Below, piece after piece: positions 30,954 to 40,898 of a DNA stretch of 64,000 nt. The stretch is from an uncultured Flammeovirgaceae bacterium (GTDB lineage: Bacteria > Bacteroidota > Bacteroidia > Cytophagales > MED-G16). Positions within the stretch are counted from its first letter, which is position 1. Every line of letters begins with the position of its first letter. A program made the translations under genes and the position numbers. The stretch spans positions 12,011 through 76,010 of the forward strand of contig CAJWTC010000001.1 of NCBI GenBank assembly GCA_913046795.1. Reading direction: 5' to 3'. The notes under the pieces are model-generated. The model did no database searches and was not told the origin of the DNA. It was given only the letters and a program-made list of their open reading frames with translations.

Positions 30954-30961
30954 CAAATCTA
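30954..30961 (-). promoter_or_regulatory. -7 promoter box TAnnTTTG (TAGATTTG on minus strand) upstream of rpsT
   Basis: Plus-strand CAAATCTA at 30954-30961, 17 nt upstream of the ATG. Confidence 0.5.
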
Positions 30962-31138
30962 ATTTTTTATTTATTATACTCAAAAAAACTCTATCTTTTT
31001 TATTTATTCATTCTCTTTAAGGTTTTTATTTTATGCTTCTCAATTAACATAACATTGTTTATTAAAAAAAAAGCAAATAATATTTGATTTTTTAAATATA
31101 AACTTATTCTTTAGCGGTTGATAAACTAAACTTTTAAG

Positions 31139-31360
31139 ATGTACTGGACATTAGAACTTGTAAATCATTTGGAAGATGCCCCCTGGCCGGCTACAAAAGA
31201 TGAGTTAATAGAGTTTTCGATTAGAACTGGAGCCCCAGCTGAGGTGACTGAAAACCTTCAAGAGCTAGAAGATGATGGTGCACCTTATGAAAGTATTGAA
31301 GAAATATGGCCTGACTATCCAACAAAAGACGATTTCTTCTTTAATGAAGATGAATATTAA
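31139..31360 (+). CDS. DUF2795 small acidic protein
   Basis: 73 aa with WPATKDELIEF...GAPAEVTENLQEL signature. Confidence 0.7.
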   Translation: MYWTLELVNHLEDAPWPATKDELIEFSIRTGAPAEVTENLQELEDDGAPYESIEEIWPDYPTKDDFFFNEDEY

Positions 31361-32004
31361 CTAAAGTAGTTTAGGTCTTTCTCAGTTGTTATTTTAATAT
31401 TTTCATCTGAACCTTCCACTAAGTTTATCTTTATATCAAACTCATCAAAAAGACTAGCCTCGTCAGTAAAATTATAATTTGAAGTATTTTTCATACATTT
31501 TTTCAGTTCTGAAATTTGAAATACTTGAGGTGTTTGAATCTGTACATAACTAGATCTATCTACAGCATAATTATTTTTCTTATCAACTCTTCTCATCGAG
31601 TTATGTGAAGTCGTAAATGGTATGGCATTACCTCTTTTTTTAGCTTCATTAAATAATTTTTTGATTAGGTCTTCATTAATAAATGGTCTCACTCCATCAT
31701 GTATCGCCACATATCCCGAATCATCGTTGATATGGTTTATCCCATTTCTCACGGATAGATTTCTCTCTCTACTGCCTCTAATAATATCAACGTCATCTTT
31801 TATAAAATTCTTTACTAATGACTCCCATTTCTTAAAATTTTCATCTGGCAAAACAATAATAAACTTAGTATTATCTATTTTTTTTATATTATTATATGTG
31901 TGAATCAATATAGGTAATCCATTTATCTCAATGAATTGTTTGGGAACATTTGATTTCATCCTTTCGCCACTTCCTGCTGCCATTAACATAAAATATTTAA
32001 TCAT
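31357..32004 (-). CDS. ispD: 2-C-methyl-D-erythritol 4-phosphate cytidylyltransferase
   Basis: 215 aa with N-terminal MAAGSGERM...PKQF motif. Confidence 0.92.
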   Translation of the reverse strand: MIKYFMLMAAGSGERMKSNVPKQFIEINGLPILIHTYNNIKKIDNTKFIIVLPDENFKKWESLVKNFIKDDVDIIRGSRERNLSVRNGINHINDDSGYVAIHDGVRPFINEDLIKKLFNEAKKRGNAIPFTTSHNSMRRVDKKNNYAVDRSSYVQIQTPQVFQISELKKCMKNTSNYNFTDEASLFDEFDIKINLVEGSDENIKITTEKDLNYFS

Positions 32005-32011
32005 AATAGAC

Positions 32012-33058
32012 TTATATGATCATGAGTGCGTCACCATATGTATGGAACATATACTTCTCTTTAATTGCGATCTTGTATACCTTCATTACCTGATCAAACC
32101 CACCGTATGCAGACGCCATCATTAAAAGAGTTGATTTAGGTGAGTGAAAATTTGTTATCATCGCACCACATATTTTAAAATCGTATGGTGGGAATATAAA
32201 TTTATCAGTCCAACCTGATTTTGCCTTTAATCTATTACTTGCAGATACTGCTGTCTCAAGTGTCTTCATGGTTGATGTTCCAACGGCAAATATTCTATTT
32301 CCATTTTCTAAAGCCCTGTTAACTTCTGTCTCAGTCTCCTCTGGTATTGAATAATTCTCTGAATCCATCTTATGTTTTGTCAGGTCTTCAACATCTATAT
32401 CTTTAAAAGTGCCGAGACCAGTGTGAGATGTAACGCTAACTATTTTAACCCCTTTAAGTATTAACTTTTTTAGTAAGATATCTGTAAAATGAAGTCCTGC
32501 GGCTGGAGCAGCAACAGCACCTATATTTTTAGCATATACAGTTTGGAACCTCTCTTCATCCTTCTTATCTACCTTTCTTTTGATCTCTTTTGGTAGTGGA
32601 GTTTCTCCATATTCTTGTATAATATCATGGAAATCTCTCTCTGAGTCTTCGGGAATAAACCTAATTGTCCTTCCTCTAGATGTAGTATTATCAATAACTT
32701 CTGCGACAAGCTCTCCTTCTCCAAAATATAATTTATTTCCAACTCTAATTTTTCTAGCAGGGTCAACTAAAACATCCCAAAGGTTGAGCTCTGGGTTCAG
32801 CTCTCTCAAGAGGAAAACTTCTATTTTTGCTCCTGTCTTCTCTTTCTGACCATATAATCTTGCAGGAAAAACTTTTGTGTCGTTAAGTACTAATACGTCG
32901 TCTTCTTTAAAGAATTTTATTATATCCTTAAATTGTTTGTGTTCTATTTTTCCAGTTTTTTTATGTAAAATCATTAATCTTGATTCGTCTCGATTTTCTG
33001 CTGGATGTATTGCTGTTCGTGTTGCTGCTAACTTGAAATCAAATTCTGAGAGTTTCAT
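32012..33058 (-). CDS. queA: S-adenosylmethionine:tRNA ribosyltransferase-isomerase
   Basis: 348 aa with MKLSEFDF start, ESRLM and GTTxxRxLE-like (GTSTMKTLE) motifs. Confidence 0.95.
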   Translation of the reverse strand: MKLSEFDFKLAATRTAIHPAENRDESRLMILHKKTGKIEHKQFKDIIKFFKEDDVLVLNDTKVFPARLYGQKEKTGAKIEVFLLRELNPELNLWDVLVDPARKIRVGNKLYFGEGELVAEVIDNTTSRGRTIRFIPEDSERDFHDIIQEYGETPLPKEIKRKVDKKDEERFQTVYAKNIGAVAAPAAGLHFTDILLKKLILKGVKIVSVTSHTGLGTFKDIDVEDLTKHKMDSENYSIPEETETEVNRALENGNRIFAVGTSTMKTLETAVSASNRLKAKSGWTDKFIFPPYDFKICGAMITNFHSPKSTLLMMASAYGGFDQVMKVYKIAIKEKYMFHTYGDALMII

Positions 33059-33079
33059 ACTAAATTTATAAAATTAACG

Positions 33080-33087
33080 TAGTTTTG
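33080..33087 (+). promoter_or_regulatory. -7 promoter box TAnnTTTG (TAGTTTTG) upstream of the ABC permease gene
   Basis: Exact motif, 44 nt upstream of ATG 33131. Confidence 0.4.
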
Positions 33088-33094
33088 AGGTTTG

Positions 33095-33102
33095 CAAAGC
33101 TA
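33095..33102 (-). promoter_or_regulatory. -7 promoter box TAnnTTTG (TAGCTTTG on minus strand) upstream of queA
   Basis: Plus-strand CAAAGCTA, 37 nt upstream of ATG 33058. Overlaps the TTTGCAAA palindrome at 33091-33098. Confidence 0.4.
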
Positions 33103-33130
33103 AATAATTGTTTTAACATACCTTTAATTT

Positions 33131-34390
33131 ATGAAATTATTTTTTAGGCTTCTAAGAGAAAGTTTTATATTTTCATTCAATGCCATCATCGCAAATCCGG
33201 TAAGGACAATACTTTCATTGTTAGGCGTTACAATAGGAATTTTTACAATAATTGCAGTTTTATCTACTGTAGATTCTCTCGAGAAAAGTATAAAGGATAA
33301 CCTTAGTTTTCTTGGTACTGACAATATTAGAGTTGAAAAGTGGCCCTGGGATTTTGATAACCCTTCTTACGAGTGGTGGAAATTTTGGAAGAGACCTGAG
33401 CCAACTTACAGAGAATATGAGTTTCTAAAAGATAATTTACCATCTGCCTTGTCAGTCGAGATTTCTACAAATAGAGGAATATCAAATGTTAAATATTTAA
33501 ATAATAGTTCATCGGTTGATAATCTCAACGGTGTCGTTTTTGAAAATCAGTTTTTTAATGACTGGGATTTTATTGCAGGAAGATTTTTTACACAGAATGA
33601 GACAATTGTTGGTCTTGACGCAGTTATTATAGGTTATAAAATAATGGAAGACCTCTTTAGGTCACCAGAAAATGCTATTGGAAAGCAGATAAAAATAAAG
33701 GGGAGATCATTTACCGTAATAGGGGTTCAGAGTGAGCAAGGTGAATCATTTGGTGCTGGTGATTCTTATGATAGGCAGATGTCAATACCATTTAATACAT
33801 TTAAAAAAATATTTAGGGTAGGTAGAAAAGGCAGTAACGCCGTAATAAGAATAAAAGGAGACTCTGAGATAGATCCAGGACTCGTAAATTTAGAGTATGA
33901 AGTCAAGGGTCTGCTTAGAGCTAAAAGAGGCCTTAAGCCAATTGAAGAAGATAATTTTGCAATTAATAGACCTGAATACTTAGCTTCATTTGTTTCCATT
34001 ATTTTTGGTACAATAAGTATTGCAGGATGGGTAATTGCTAGTTTTTCTATTCTTGTGGGTGGTTTTGGTATAGCTAATATAATGTTTGTTTCTGTAAAGG
34101 AGAGGGTCCCTATAATTGGTCTTCAAAAATCTTTAGGTGCAAAAAAATATTTTATATTAACTCAGTTTCTATTCGAATCTTCGTTTCTAAGTATTTTTGG
34201 GGGGTTAATTGGAATCTTTTTAGTTTTTCTGATAACCTTACCTGACTTAGGTAGCTTTGACCTTATTATATCTTTGAAAAATGTTATTATAGGTGTATCT
34301 ATATCTTCAGTTATAGGCATCCTTGCTGGATTTTTCCCTGCATTATTTGCGTCTAATCTTGATCCAGTAGAAGCTATAAGATCTAACTAG
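33131..34390 (+). CDS. ABC transporter permease (MacB/FtsX-like)
   Basis: 419 aa. N-terminal TM helix, a large periplasmic MacB_PCD-like domain, then a C-terminal FtsX 3-TM domain. No adjacent ATPase gene. Confidence 0.85.
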   Translation: MKLFFRLLRESFIFSFNAIIANPVRTILSLLGVTIGIFTIIAVLSTVDSLEKSIKDNLSFLGTDNIRVEKWPWDFDNPSYEWWKFWKRPEPTYREYEFLKDNLPSALSVEISTNRGISNVKYLNNSSSVDNLNGVVFENQFFNDWDFIAGRFFTQNETIVGLDAVIIGYKIMEDLFRSPENAIGKQIKIKGRSFTVIGVQSEQGESFGAGDSYDRQMSIPFNTFKKIFRVGRKGSNAVIRIKGDSEIDPGLVNLEYEVKGLLRAKRGLKPIEEDNFAINRPEYLASFVSIIFGTISIAGWVIASFSILVGGFGIANIMFVSVKERVPIIGLQKSLGAKKYFILTQFLFESSFLSIFGGLIGIFLVFLITLPDLGSFDLIISLKNVIIGVSISSVIGILAGFFPALFASNLDPVEAIRSN

Positions 34391-35381
34391 TAGTTAATTT
34401 CTCTCTGATGGTTTTTTCTAGCTCTTTTATTAGCTCAGGATTATCCTCAAGAATTACTTTAACTGAGTCTCTTCCCTGACCTAACTTTTCATTGTTGTAA
34501 GAGAACCATGACCCAGATTTTTGAATAACTTCAAGCTCAACACCCAAGTCTAATATCTCTCCTGATTTAGATATCCCTTTACCATACATTATATCAAACT
34601 CAACAACTTTAAATGGTGGTGCAACTTTATTTTTTACAACTTTAACTTTAGTCCTATTTCCCATAATGCTATCAGGACTATCCTTTATCTGACCTATTCT
34701 TCTTATATCAAGTCTTACAGATGAGTAGAATTTTAATGCATTTCCCCCAGTAGTTGTTTCTGGGTTTCCAAACATAACTCCTATCTTTTGTCTTAGTTGA
34801 TTTATAAAGACACAGACACATCCTGATTTATGTATTGCTCCAGTTAATTTTCTAAGAGCTTGAGACATCAGTCTGGCTTGGAGGCCCATAACACTATCAC
34901 CCATTTCACCTTCTATTTCTCCTTTTGGAACTAATGCTGCCACTGAATCAATTACTATTATATCTAAAGCATTAGATCTGATTAAATGTTCAGTTATTTC
35001 TAGTGCCTGCTCACCGTTGTCTGGCTGAGAGATAAGTAGGTTTTCAGTATCTATACCTAGTTTTTCTGCGTAAGACTTATCGAATGCATGTTCCGCATCA
35101 ATAAATGCCGCAATACCACCTTTCTTTTGTGCCTCTGCTATGCAGTGCATGGAAAGGGTAGTCTTACCAGAGGATTCAGGTCCATAAATTTCGACCACTC
35201 TTCCTTTCGGTAGCCCACCAATACCAAGGGCAATGTCTAGGCTGAGAGAGCCTGTTGGTATACTAGGAATTTTAACTATATTCTCATCACTCAACTTCAT
35301 AATGGTCCCTTGACCGTATGTCTTCTCTAATTTCTCTATTGCTAGGTTTAGCGCGTTTGATTTTTCTTTTGTCTCTTTCAT
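34383..35381 (-). CDS. recA: recombinase RecA
   Basis: 332 aa with Walker [10 protein letters not shown]. RecA signature throughout. Confidence 0.98.
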   Translation of the reverse strand: MKETKEKSNALNLAIEKLEKTYGQGTIMKLSDENIVKIPSIPTGSLSLDIALGIGGLPKGRVVEIYGPESSGKTTLSMHCIAEAQKKGGIAAFIDAEHAFDKSYAEKLGIDTENLLISQPDNGEQALEITEHLIRSNALDIIVIDSVAALVPKGEIEGEMGDSVMGLQARLMSQALRKLTGAIHKSGCVCVFINQLRQKIGVMFGNPETTTGGNALKFYSSVRLDIRRIGQIKDSPDSIMGNRTKVKVVKNKVAPPFKVVEFDIMYGKGISKSGEILDLGVELEVIQKSGSWFSYNNEKLGQGRDSVKVILEDNPELIKELEKTIREKLTTS

Positions 35382-35499
35382 AATTTATAATTTTTGCTAA
35401 AATAAGTAGTAATATTTTATAATACTAATATTTTTAGTAAAATTTAACTTATTTATATAAAGATGTTTAAATATAGCTACTATACTGTTCTTATTTTAA

Positions 35500-35507
35500 T
35501 ATTTTTG
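35500..35507 (+). promoter_or_regulatory. -7 promoter box TAnnTTTG (TATTTTTG) upstream of the DUF3108 gene
   Basis: Exact motif, 35 nt upstream of the TTG start at 35542. Confidence 0.4.
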
Positions 35508-35541
35508 CCATATTAGTTTACTAATAAATAAAGTTTATAAA

Positions 35542-36342
35542 TTGAAATTCATCATTCCATTCATACTATTAATATTTTCTTTTTTTTCTCTTAAATCACA
35601 GGTAGTAAAGCATCCTATTCCTGGTGAGAAAATAGACTTTGTGGTAACTTTTGGAATTTTCTCTGCTGGTAAGGCAACCATGTTAACTGATACGGTCACA
35701 TATAATATAAATGATAGAAAGACTTATAAAATTAATCTTGGTGGAAAAACCACTGGCGTATTTGATTTGTTTGCCAAGGTTAGAAATAATTGGGGTTCTT
35801 ATGTTAACGAATCTGATTTTAATCCTCAAAAATTTTACAGATATCTATCAGAGGGTAAGTACAAGAAAAATGAAATACTAAACTTCCAAAATGATTCTGA
35901 TAGTGTCCAGATCGAGATTTTAGATAAAGAGACAAAAGATTTTGTGGGATATAAGAGTTTTCATTTTGAAGATGACATACAGAAAATAATTAGGTCTTAT
36001 TTCATGAATTACTGGATAGCCAGTCTAGCTTACCTTAGATCCCTTGACTATGATTCTGCTAATTACGGTGACCTTGTGGAGATACCTTACTTTGAAGATA
36101 ACTCTAAGTTTAGTTATCAGATGAAGTTTATTAGGAAAGAGGAAATTAATTCAAAAATTGGAAGTTTTAATACTATTGTCCTCTCACCTTTAATTCCAAA
36201 TAAAAATAAGCTCTTTAAGGAGGAAGATGCTGTGAAATTTTGGATCACAGATGATAAAAAGAAAATCCCATTAAAGTTAGAAGCTAAAATGAATTTTGGA
36301 AATTTTGTTATTGAAATTGATGATTACAGCAATGTTAAATAA
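35542..36342 (+). CDS. DUF3108-like secreted protein
   Basis: 266 aa with a signal peptide (TTG start). GEKIDFVVTFGIFSAGKATM and the overall beta-rich pattern resemble DUF3108. Confidence 0.55.
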   Translation: MKFIIPFILLIFSFFSLKSQVVKHPIPGEKIDFVVTFGIFSAGKATMLTDTVTYNINDRKTYKINLGGKTTGVFDLFAKVRNNWGSYVNESDFNPQKFYRYLSEGKYKKNEILNFQNDSDSVQIEILDKETKDFVGYKSFHFEDDIQKIIRSYFMNYWIASLAYLRSLDYDSANYGDLVEIPYFEDNSKFSYQMKFIRKEEINSKIGSFNTIVLSPLIPNKNKLFKEEDAVKFWITDDKKKIPLKLEAKMNFGNFVIEIDDYSNVK

Positions 36343-36430
36343 AGATTAATCTTCCTTTAATTTAATATTATCAATTTTAATTTCAGTTAAATTTAGAAAG
36401 TAAATAAACATAATAATTATAAATTACAGT

Positions 36431-37117
36431 ATGCAAAACAAATCTGATTTTAAGATTTTAGCAATTGACGATGACAAAGATATTTTACTTCTTTTGAGGT
36501 ATAATTTGGAGTCTGAGGGTTATCATGTCGAGACTGCCTCATCAGGAAAAAAAGGAATCTCAATTGCTCAAAAATCAGATCCTGATCTCATACTGATTGA
36601 TATAATGATGCCAGAAATGGACGGTATACAGACATGTATAAAACTAAGAGAAATTGATAATCTTAAATCTTCACATATCCTTTTTTTAACTGCTAGAGCT
36701 GAAGAATATTCAGAAGTTGCGGCTTTTGAAGCAGGTGCTGACGATTATATAATAAAACCGATAAAACCAAGAGCATTAATTAGTAGAATAAACTCCTTCT
36801 ATAAAAAAACATTAGCTAAAGTAAAGTCTTCCAAATCACTTGAAGTAGGTGAACTTAGTATAAATAAAGAGAGCTATGTAGTAAAGTTAAATGGTAAAGA
36901 AATATTCTTCCCAAAGAAAGAGTTTAATTTGTTACACTTTCTAGCTTCTAACCCAAAAAAGGTTTATGGAAGAGATACCCTCTTAAGGAATATATGGGGA
37001 ACTGATGTACATGTCGTGGCCAGGACTGTTGATGTTCATATTAGAAAGATTAGGGAAAAAATAGGTCAGGATTATATAACTACAATAAAGGGAGTAGGGT
37101 ATAAATTTAAAAGTTAA
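36431..37117 (+). CDS. response regulator, OmpR/PhoB family
   Basis: 228 aa. Receiver domain (DDD...D at LILIDIMMP, K in IIKP) plus a winged-helix output domain (TVDVHIRKIREK, GVGYKF). Confidence 0.9.
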   Translation: MQNKSDFKILAIDDDKDILLLLRYNLESEGYHVETASSGKKGISIAQKSDPDLILIDIMMPEMDGIQTCIKLREIDNLKSSHILFLTARAEEYSEVAAFEAGADDYIIKPIKPRALISRINSFYKKTLAKVKSSKSLEVGELSINKESYVVKLNGKEIFFPKKEFNLLHFLASNPKKVYGRDTLLRNIWGTDVHVVARTVDVHIRKIREKIGQDYITTIKGVGYKFKS

Positions 37118-37245
37118 TTACTAGGCTTAACTTAAATTCTCTTCTTGGAGACAAGCTCGAGTGTATATATCTGATTAATAAAATTCTAAAAATTTTTTGC
37201 TTAAAAGAATTTCGATTTAGTTATTCAAAAAAGTAAATTTATTAA

Positions 37246-38337
37246 ATGAATAACTCAAAGGCAGTCTCTGTATTATTTGGTCTTATTGTAGGTGTAATAT
37301 CAACATTAACAGCTCTTTTACTAGGAGTAGATGAAGGTATTAACCTAGTAACTGCTGCAATAATATCTTTTTCATCCTCCACACTACTCTTTGCTATTAT
37401 TACAGAAAATCTATTTGATAAGAAAATAAGTGAGATATATAAATCATTTGAAAATATTAGAAATGAAAACTTTGAAAAAGTTGAGTCAGATAGAACTCTT
37501 CTCAGAAAAATTAATCCACTTAAAGGAATCAACCAAGAGATATACAGCTTTGCAAGTATCAAACAACTTGAAATTAATGAGCTTAAGAGACTTGAGACTT
37601 TTCGAAGAGAGTTTTTACAAGATGTCTCTCATGAGTTAAAAACACCACTATTTTCTGCACAAGGATTTGTGCTCACATTATTGGATAATATTGATGCAGA
37701 AAAAGAGATAAGAAAAAAATTTCTTAGGAAGGCTGCAAAAAGCCTTGACCACCTCGACCTTCTGGTTAAAGACTTATTAACAATATCTCAGATGGAGTCT
37801 GGAGAGATTAAGATGAAAATGGAACCGTTTGATATTATTTTTTTAATAAAAGAGACTGTAGAACAGGTTGAACCTATAGCCCAACAAAAAAATATTAATT
37901 TAAAAATTAATGTAAGTAAAGGTTCAGTATTTGTGATCGCAGATTATTATAGGATTTTTCAGGTACTCAAAAACCTATTAAGTAATGCTATAAAGTATTC
38001 TAGAAAAGGTACAGATATACTTATTAGTATTGAAGAAAGAAAAAAAGTTGTAAACATAAGTGTTGAAGACTCTGGAATTGGAATACCTAAAAATGATAGA
38101 AAGAGAATATTTGAGAGGTTTTATAGGATTGAAAAGAGTAGGTCAAAGAAGAGAGGTGGTACAGGTCTTGGCTTAGCAATTGTAAAGCATATAATCGAGG
38201 GACACAAGACAAAGATTAAACTCAAATCAAAAATAAATCAAGGTTCTATATTCTCATTTAATTTGAAGCTTGCCCCAAATAAGAAAAAAAAGAAGAAATC
38301 TTTAAGGAAAATACTGAGAAAAACCGAAGTAGAGTAA
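37246..38337 (+). CDS. sensor histidine kinase (two TM helices, no periplasmic sensor domain)
   Basis: 363 aa with H-box FLQDVSHELKTPL and N, G1 and G2 boxes (LSNAIKY, DSGIGI, GGTGLGLAI). The two N-terminal TM helices are joined by a loop of only about 6 aa. Confidence 0.9.
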   Translation: MNNSKAVSVLFGLIVGVISTLTALLLGVDEGINLVTAAIISFSSSTLLFAIITENLFDKKISEIYKSFENIRNENFEKVESDRTLLRKINPLKGINQEIYSFASIKQLEINELKRLETFRREFLQDVSHELKTPLFSAQGFVLTLLDNIDAEKEIRKKFLRKAAKSLDHLDLLVKDLLTISQMESGEIKMKMEPFDIIFLIKETVEQVEPIAQQKNINLKINVSKGSVFVIADYYRIFQVLKNLLSNAIKYSRKGTDILISIEERKKVVNISVEDSGIGIPKNDRKRIFERFYRIEKSRSKKRGGTGLGLAIVKHIIEGHKTKIKLKSKINQGSIFSFNLKLAPNKKKKKKSLRKILRKTEVE

Positions 38338-38383
38338 GTATAATATTTACCTCTTAATTATTGTTTTTATTTATTAATAAATC

Positions 38384-38391
38384 TATTTTTG
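38384..38391 (+). promoter_or_regulatory. -7 promoter box TAnnTTTG (TATTTTTG) upstream of the rplM-rpsI-rpsB-tsf cluster
   Basis: Exact motif, 17 nt upstream of ATG 38409. Confidence 0.5.
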
Positions 38392-38408
38392 CTCACTTTT
38401 AAAAGCTT

Positions 38409-38855
38409 ATGGACTCTAACAGTTTTAAGACATCTTACTTAAATAAAGAATCAATAGTTAAAAATTGGTTCGTTGCAAATGCAGATGGAAAGACACTAGG
38501 AAGGTTTGCATCTGAGGTCGCAAAGATCCTCAGAGGTAAGCACAAGGCATCTTTCACACCTCATATGGATTGTGGTGACTATGTTATTGTAACTAATTCC
38601 GATAATATTAAGCTAACGGGTAACAAATGGAGAGATAAAAAATACGTCTCTCATAGTGGATATCCTGGTGGACAAAAAACAATTAACCCTCTAGACTTGA
38701 AAGACAAGAAATCATCTAAGTTTATTATTGAGAAGGCGGTGAGGGGTATGTTGCCTAAGAATAGACTTGGAAGACAATTATTTAGAAACCTTTTTGTTTA
38801 TGAAGACTCAAATCATCCACATGAAGGCCAGAAACCAAAAGAAATAAAAATTTAA
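38409..38855 (+). CDS. rplM: 50S ribosomal protein L13
   Basis: 148 aa L13 family (WFVANADGKTLGRFASEVAKILRGKHK). Confidence 0.96.
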   Translation: MDSNSFKTSYLNKESIVKNWFVANADGKTLGRFASEVAKILRGKHKASFTPHMDCGDYVIVTNSDNIKLTGNKWRDKKYVSHSGYPGGQKTINPLDLKDKKSSKFIIEKAVRGMLPKNRLGRQLFRNLFVYEDSNHPHEGQKPKEIKI

Positions 38856-38856
38856 T

Positions 38857-39243
38857 ATGGAATATATCAGTTCAGTTGGAAGAAGAAAAACATCCGTTGC
38901 AAGACTTTACATGAAACCAGGTAAAGGTTCTTTCAAAATAAATAATTCTGATCTTGATAAATATTTTTCATCTGAGTTGCTAAGGTTAATCGTAGAGCAA
39001 CCTCTTAAATCTGTAGATGCTATAGATAAATTTGATTTTAAAGTTAATATTCACGGAGGTGGACTTAAGGGTCAGGCAGAGGCGATTAGATTAGCAGTAT
39101 CAAGAGCTTTAGTTAAAAATGATGAGGAAAATAGACCTGCTCTTAAAAAAGAAGGGTTTTTGACTAGAGATCCAAGAATGGTTGAACGTAAAAAATACGG
39201 AAGAAGAAAAGCTAGGAGAGCATTCCAGTGGGTTAAAAGATAA
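38857..39243 (+). CDS. rpsI: 30S ribosomal protein S9
   Basis: 128 aa with GGGLKGQAEAIRLAVSRAL and a C-terminal KKYGRRKARRAFQWVKR. Confidence 0.97.
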   Translation: MEYISSVGRRKTSVARLYMKPGKGSFKINNSDLDKYFSSELLRLIVEQPLKSVDAIDKFDFKVNIHGGGLKGQAEAIRLAVSRALVKNDEENRPALKKEGFLTRDPRMVERKKYGRRKARRAFQWVKR

Positions 39244-39248
39244 ATTAT

Positions 39249-40046
39249 ATGAAGAAATTAGAACATAAAGATTTATTGAAGGCAGGTGTTCACTTCGGAC
39301 ATTTGACTAGAAAGTGGAACCCGCAGATGTCGGAATACATCTTCATGGAGAATAACGGTATCCATATAATAGATTTACACAAGACTATAGACTGTGCCTA
39401 TACAGCTGCAGCATCTCTGCAAAATATCGCTAAGTCAGGAAGAAAAATTATGTTTGTTGCAACTAAGAAGCAAGCAAAGACATACGTTTCTGAGAAAGCT
39501 AAAGAATTAAACATGCCATACGTGACTGAGAGGTGGCTAGGAGGGATGTTAACCAATTTTTCAACAATCAGAAAATCATTAAAAAAATTATCAAGTATTG
39601 AAAATCTTGAGAGTCAAGACACATATACTTCTGATTTCTCTAAAAAGGAAAGGTTAATGATTACTAGAGACAAAATTAAATTAGAGAGAGCTCTAGGAGG
39701 GATATCATCCCTTAACAGAATTCCTGCAGCACTTTTTATTGTAGATATTAATCATGAGGATATTGCTGTTCAAGAAGCAAAAAAATTAAATATACCTATT
39801 TATGGTATGGTAGATACAAACTCAGACCCAAATTCTATTGATTTTGAGATCCCTTCAAATGACGACTCATTTACTTCCGTATCAATAATAATGGATTACG
39901 TGAGTGAAGCAATAGCTGAGGGTCTTAAAGAAAGAGAGAAAATTAAGGAAGAGTTAAGAATAAAGCAGGAAAAAGAGGCATCTGAAAAAGAGGCAAAGGA
40001 GAAGAAGGAGATGGAGAAAAAGGTAAAAGAATCAAAAAAAGCATAA
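39249..40046 (+). CDS. rpsB: 30S ribosomal protein S2
   Basis: 265 aa with LLKAGVHFGH motif and a K/E-rich C-terminal extension. Confidence 0.97.
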   Translation: MKKLEHKDLLKAGVHFGHLTRKWNPQMSEYIFMENNGIHIIDLHKTIDCAYTAAASLQNIAKSGRKIMFVATKKQAKTYVSEKAKELNMPYVTERWLGGMLTNFSTIRKSLKKLSSIENLESQDTYTSDFSKKERLMITRDKIKLERALGGISSLNRIPAALFIVDINHEDIAVQEAKKLNIPIYGMVDTNSDPNSIDFEIPSNDDSFTSVSIIMDYVSEAIAEGLKEREKIKEELRIKQEKEASEKEAKEKKEMEKKVKESKKA

Positions 40047-40061
40047 TTTAAATATTAAAGT

Positions 40062-40898
40062 ATGTCAGTTAGTATTTCAGCTAAGGAAGTCAACGAGTTA
40101 AGACAGAAGACAGGTTCTGGAATGATGGACTGTAAAAAAGCTTTAGTTGAAGCTAAAGGTGATTTTGACAAGGCAATTGATATACTAAGAAAAAAAGGTC
40201 AAAAGGTATCTGAGGCAAGGTCGGGAAGGGAGACTTCAGAGGGTATTGTCTTATATAAAATAGGTCAGTCTGAAGATAAAGCTGCAATGTTATCCTTCAC
40301 CTGTGAGACAGATTTTGTAGCAAAAAATGAAGAATTTGTCAATTTGGGAAACAGTATACTTGAACATTCATTTAATATTAACTTAAATAATGTAGATGAG
40401 GTACTTTCTGCAACAATTGATGGTCATACTGTAAACCAACTCGTAACTAATCTAATTGGAAAAATTGGAGAGAAGATTGAGATAAGTAACTTCAGAGCTG
40501 TTGAAGGAGAGAAGATTGTTCCATATATTCATGCAGGAAGTAAGTTAGGTGTACTAGTTTCTTTAACTGGTACTGATGGTGTGGATTACCAAAGTGCAGG
40601 GAGAGATATTGGAATGCAAATAGCTGCAATGAACCCTATATCACTTAATAGCGATGGTGTTGATAAATCTATAATTGATAAAGAAATTGAGATAGGAAAG
40701 GAGCAGGCGATTAAGGAAGGTAAACCAGAAAATATTGTCGAGAAAATAGCTCAGGGTAAACTTCAGAAGTTTTTCAAAGAGAATACGCTGCTAAGCCAAA
40801 GTTTTGTAAAGGATGGTTCCATAACAGTTGATAAATATCTATCCAGCTGTTCTCCGGATTTGAAAGTAGAAAACTTTATCAGAATTTCCATCGGTTAA
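40062..40898 (+). CDS. tsf: translation elongation factor Ts
   Basis: 278 aa with a UBA-like N-terminus (VNELRQKTGSGMMDCKKAL). Confidence 0.96.
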   Translation: MSVSISAKEVNELRQKTGSGMMDCKKALVEAKGDFDKAIDILRKKGQKVSEARSGRETSEGIVLYKIGQSEDKAAMLSFTCETDFVAKNEEFVNLGNSILEHSFNINLNNVDEVLSATIDGHTVNQLVTNLIGKIGEKIEISNFRAVEGEKIVPYIHAGSKLGVLVSLTGTDGVDYQSAGRDIGMQIAAMNPISLNSDGVDKSIIDKEIEIGKEQAIKEGKPENIVEKIAQGKLQKFFKENTLLSQSFVKDGSITVDKYLSSCSPDLKVENFIRISIG

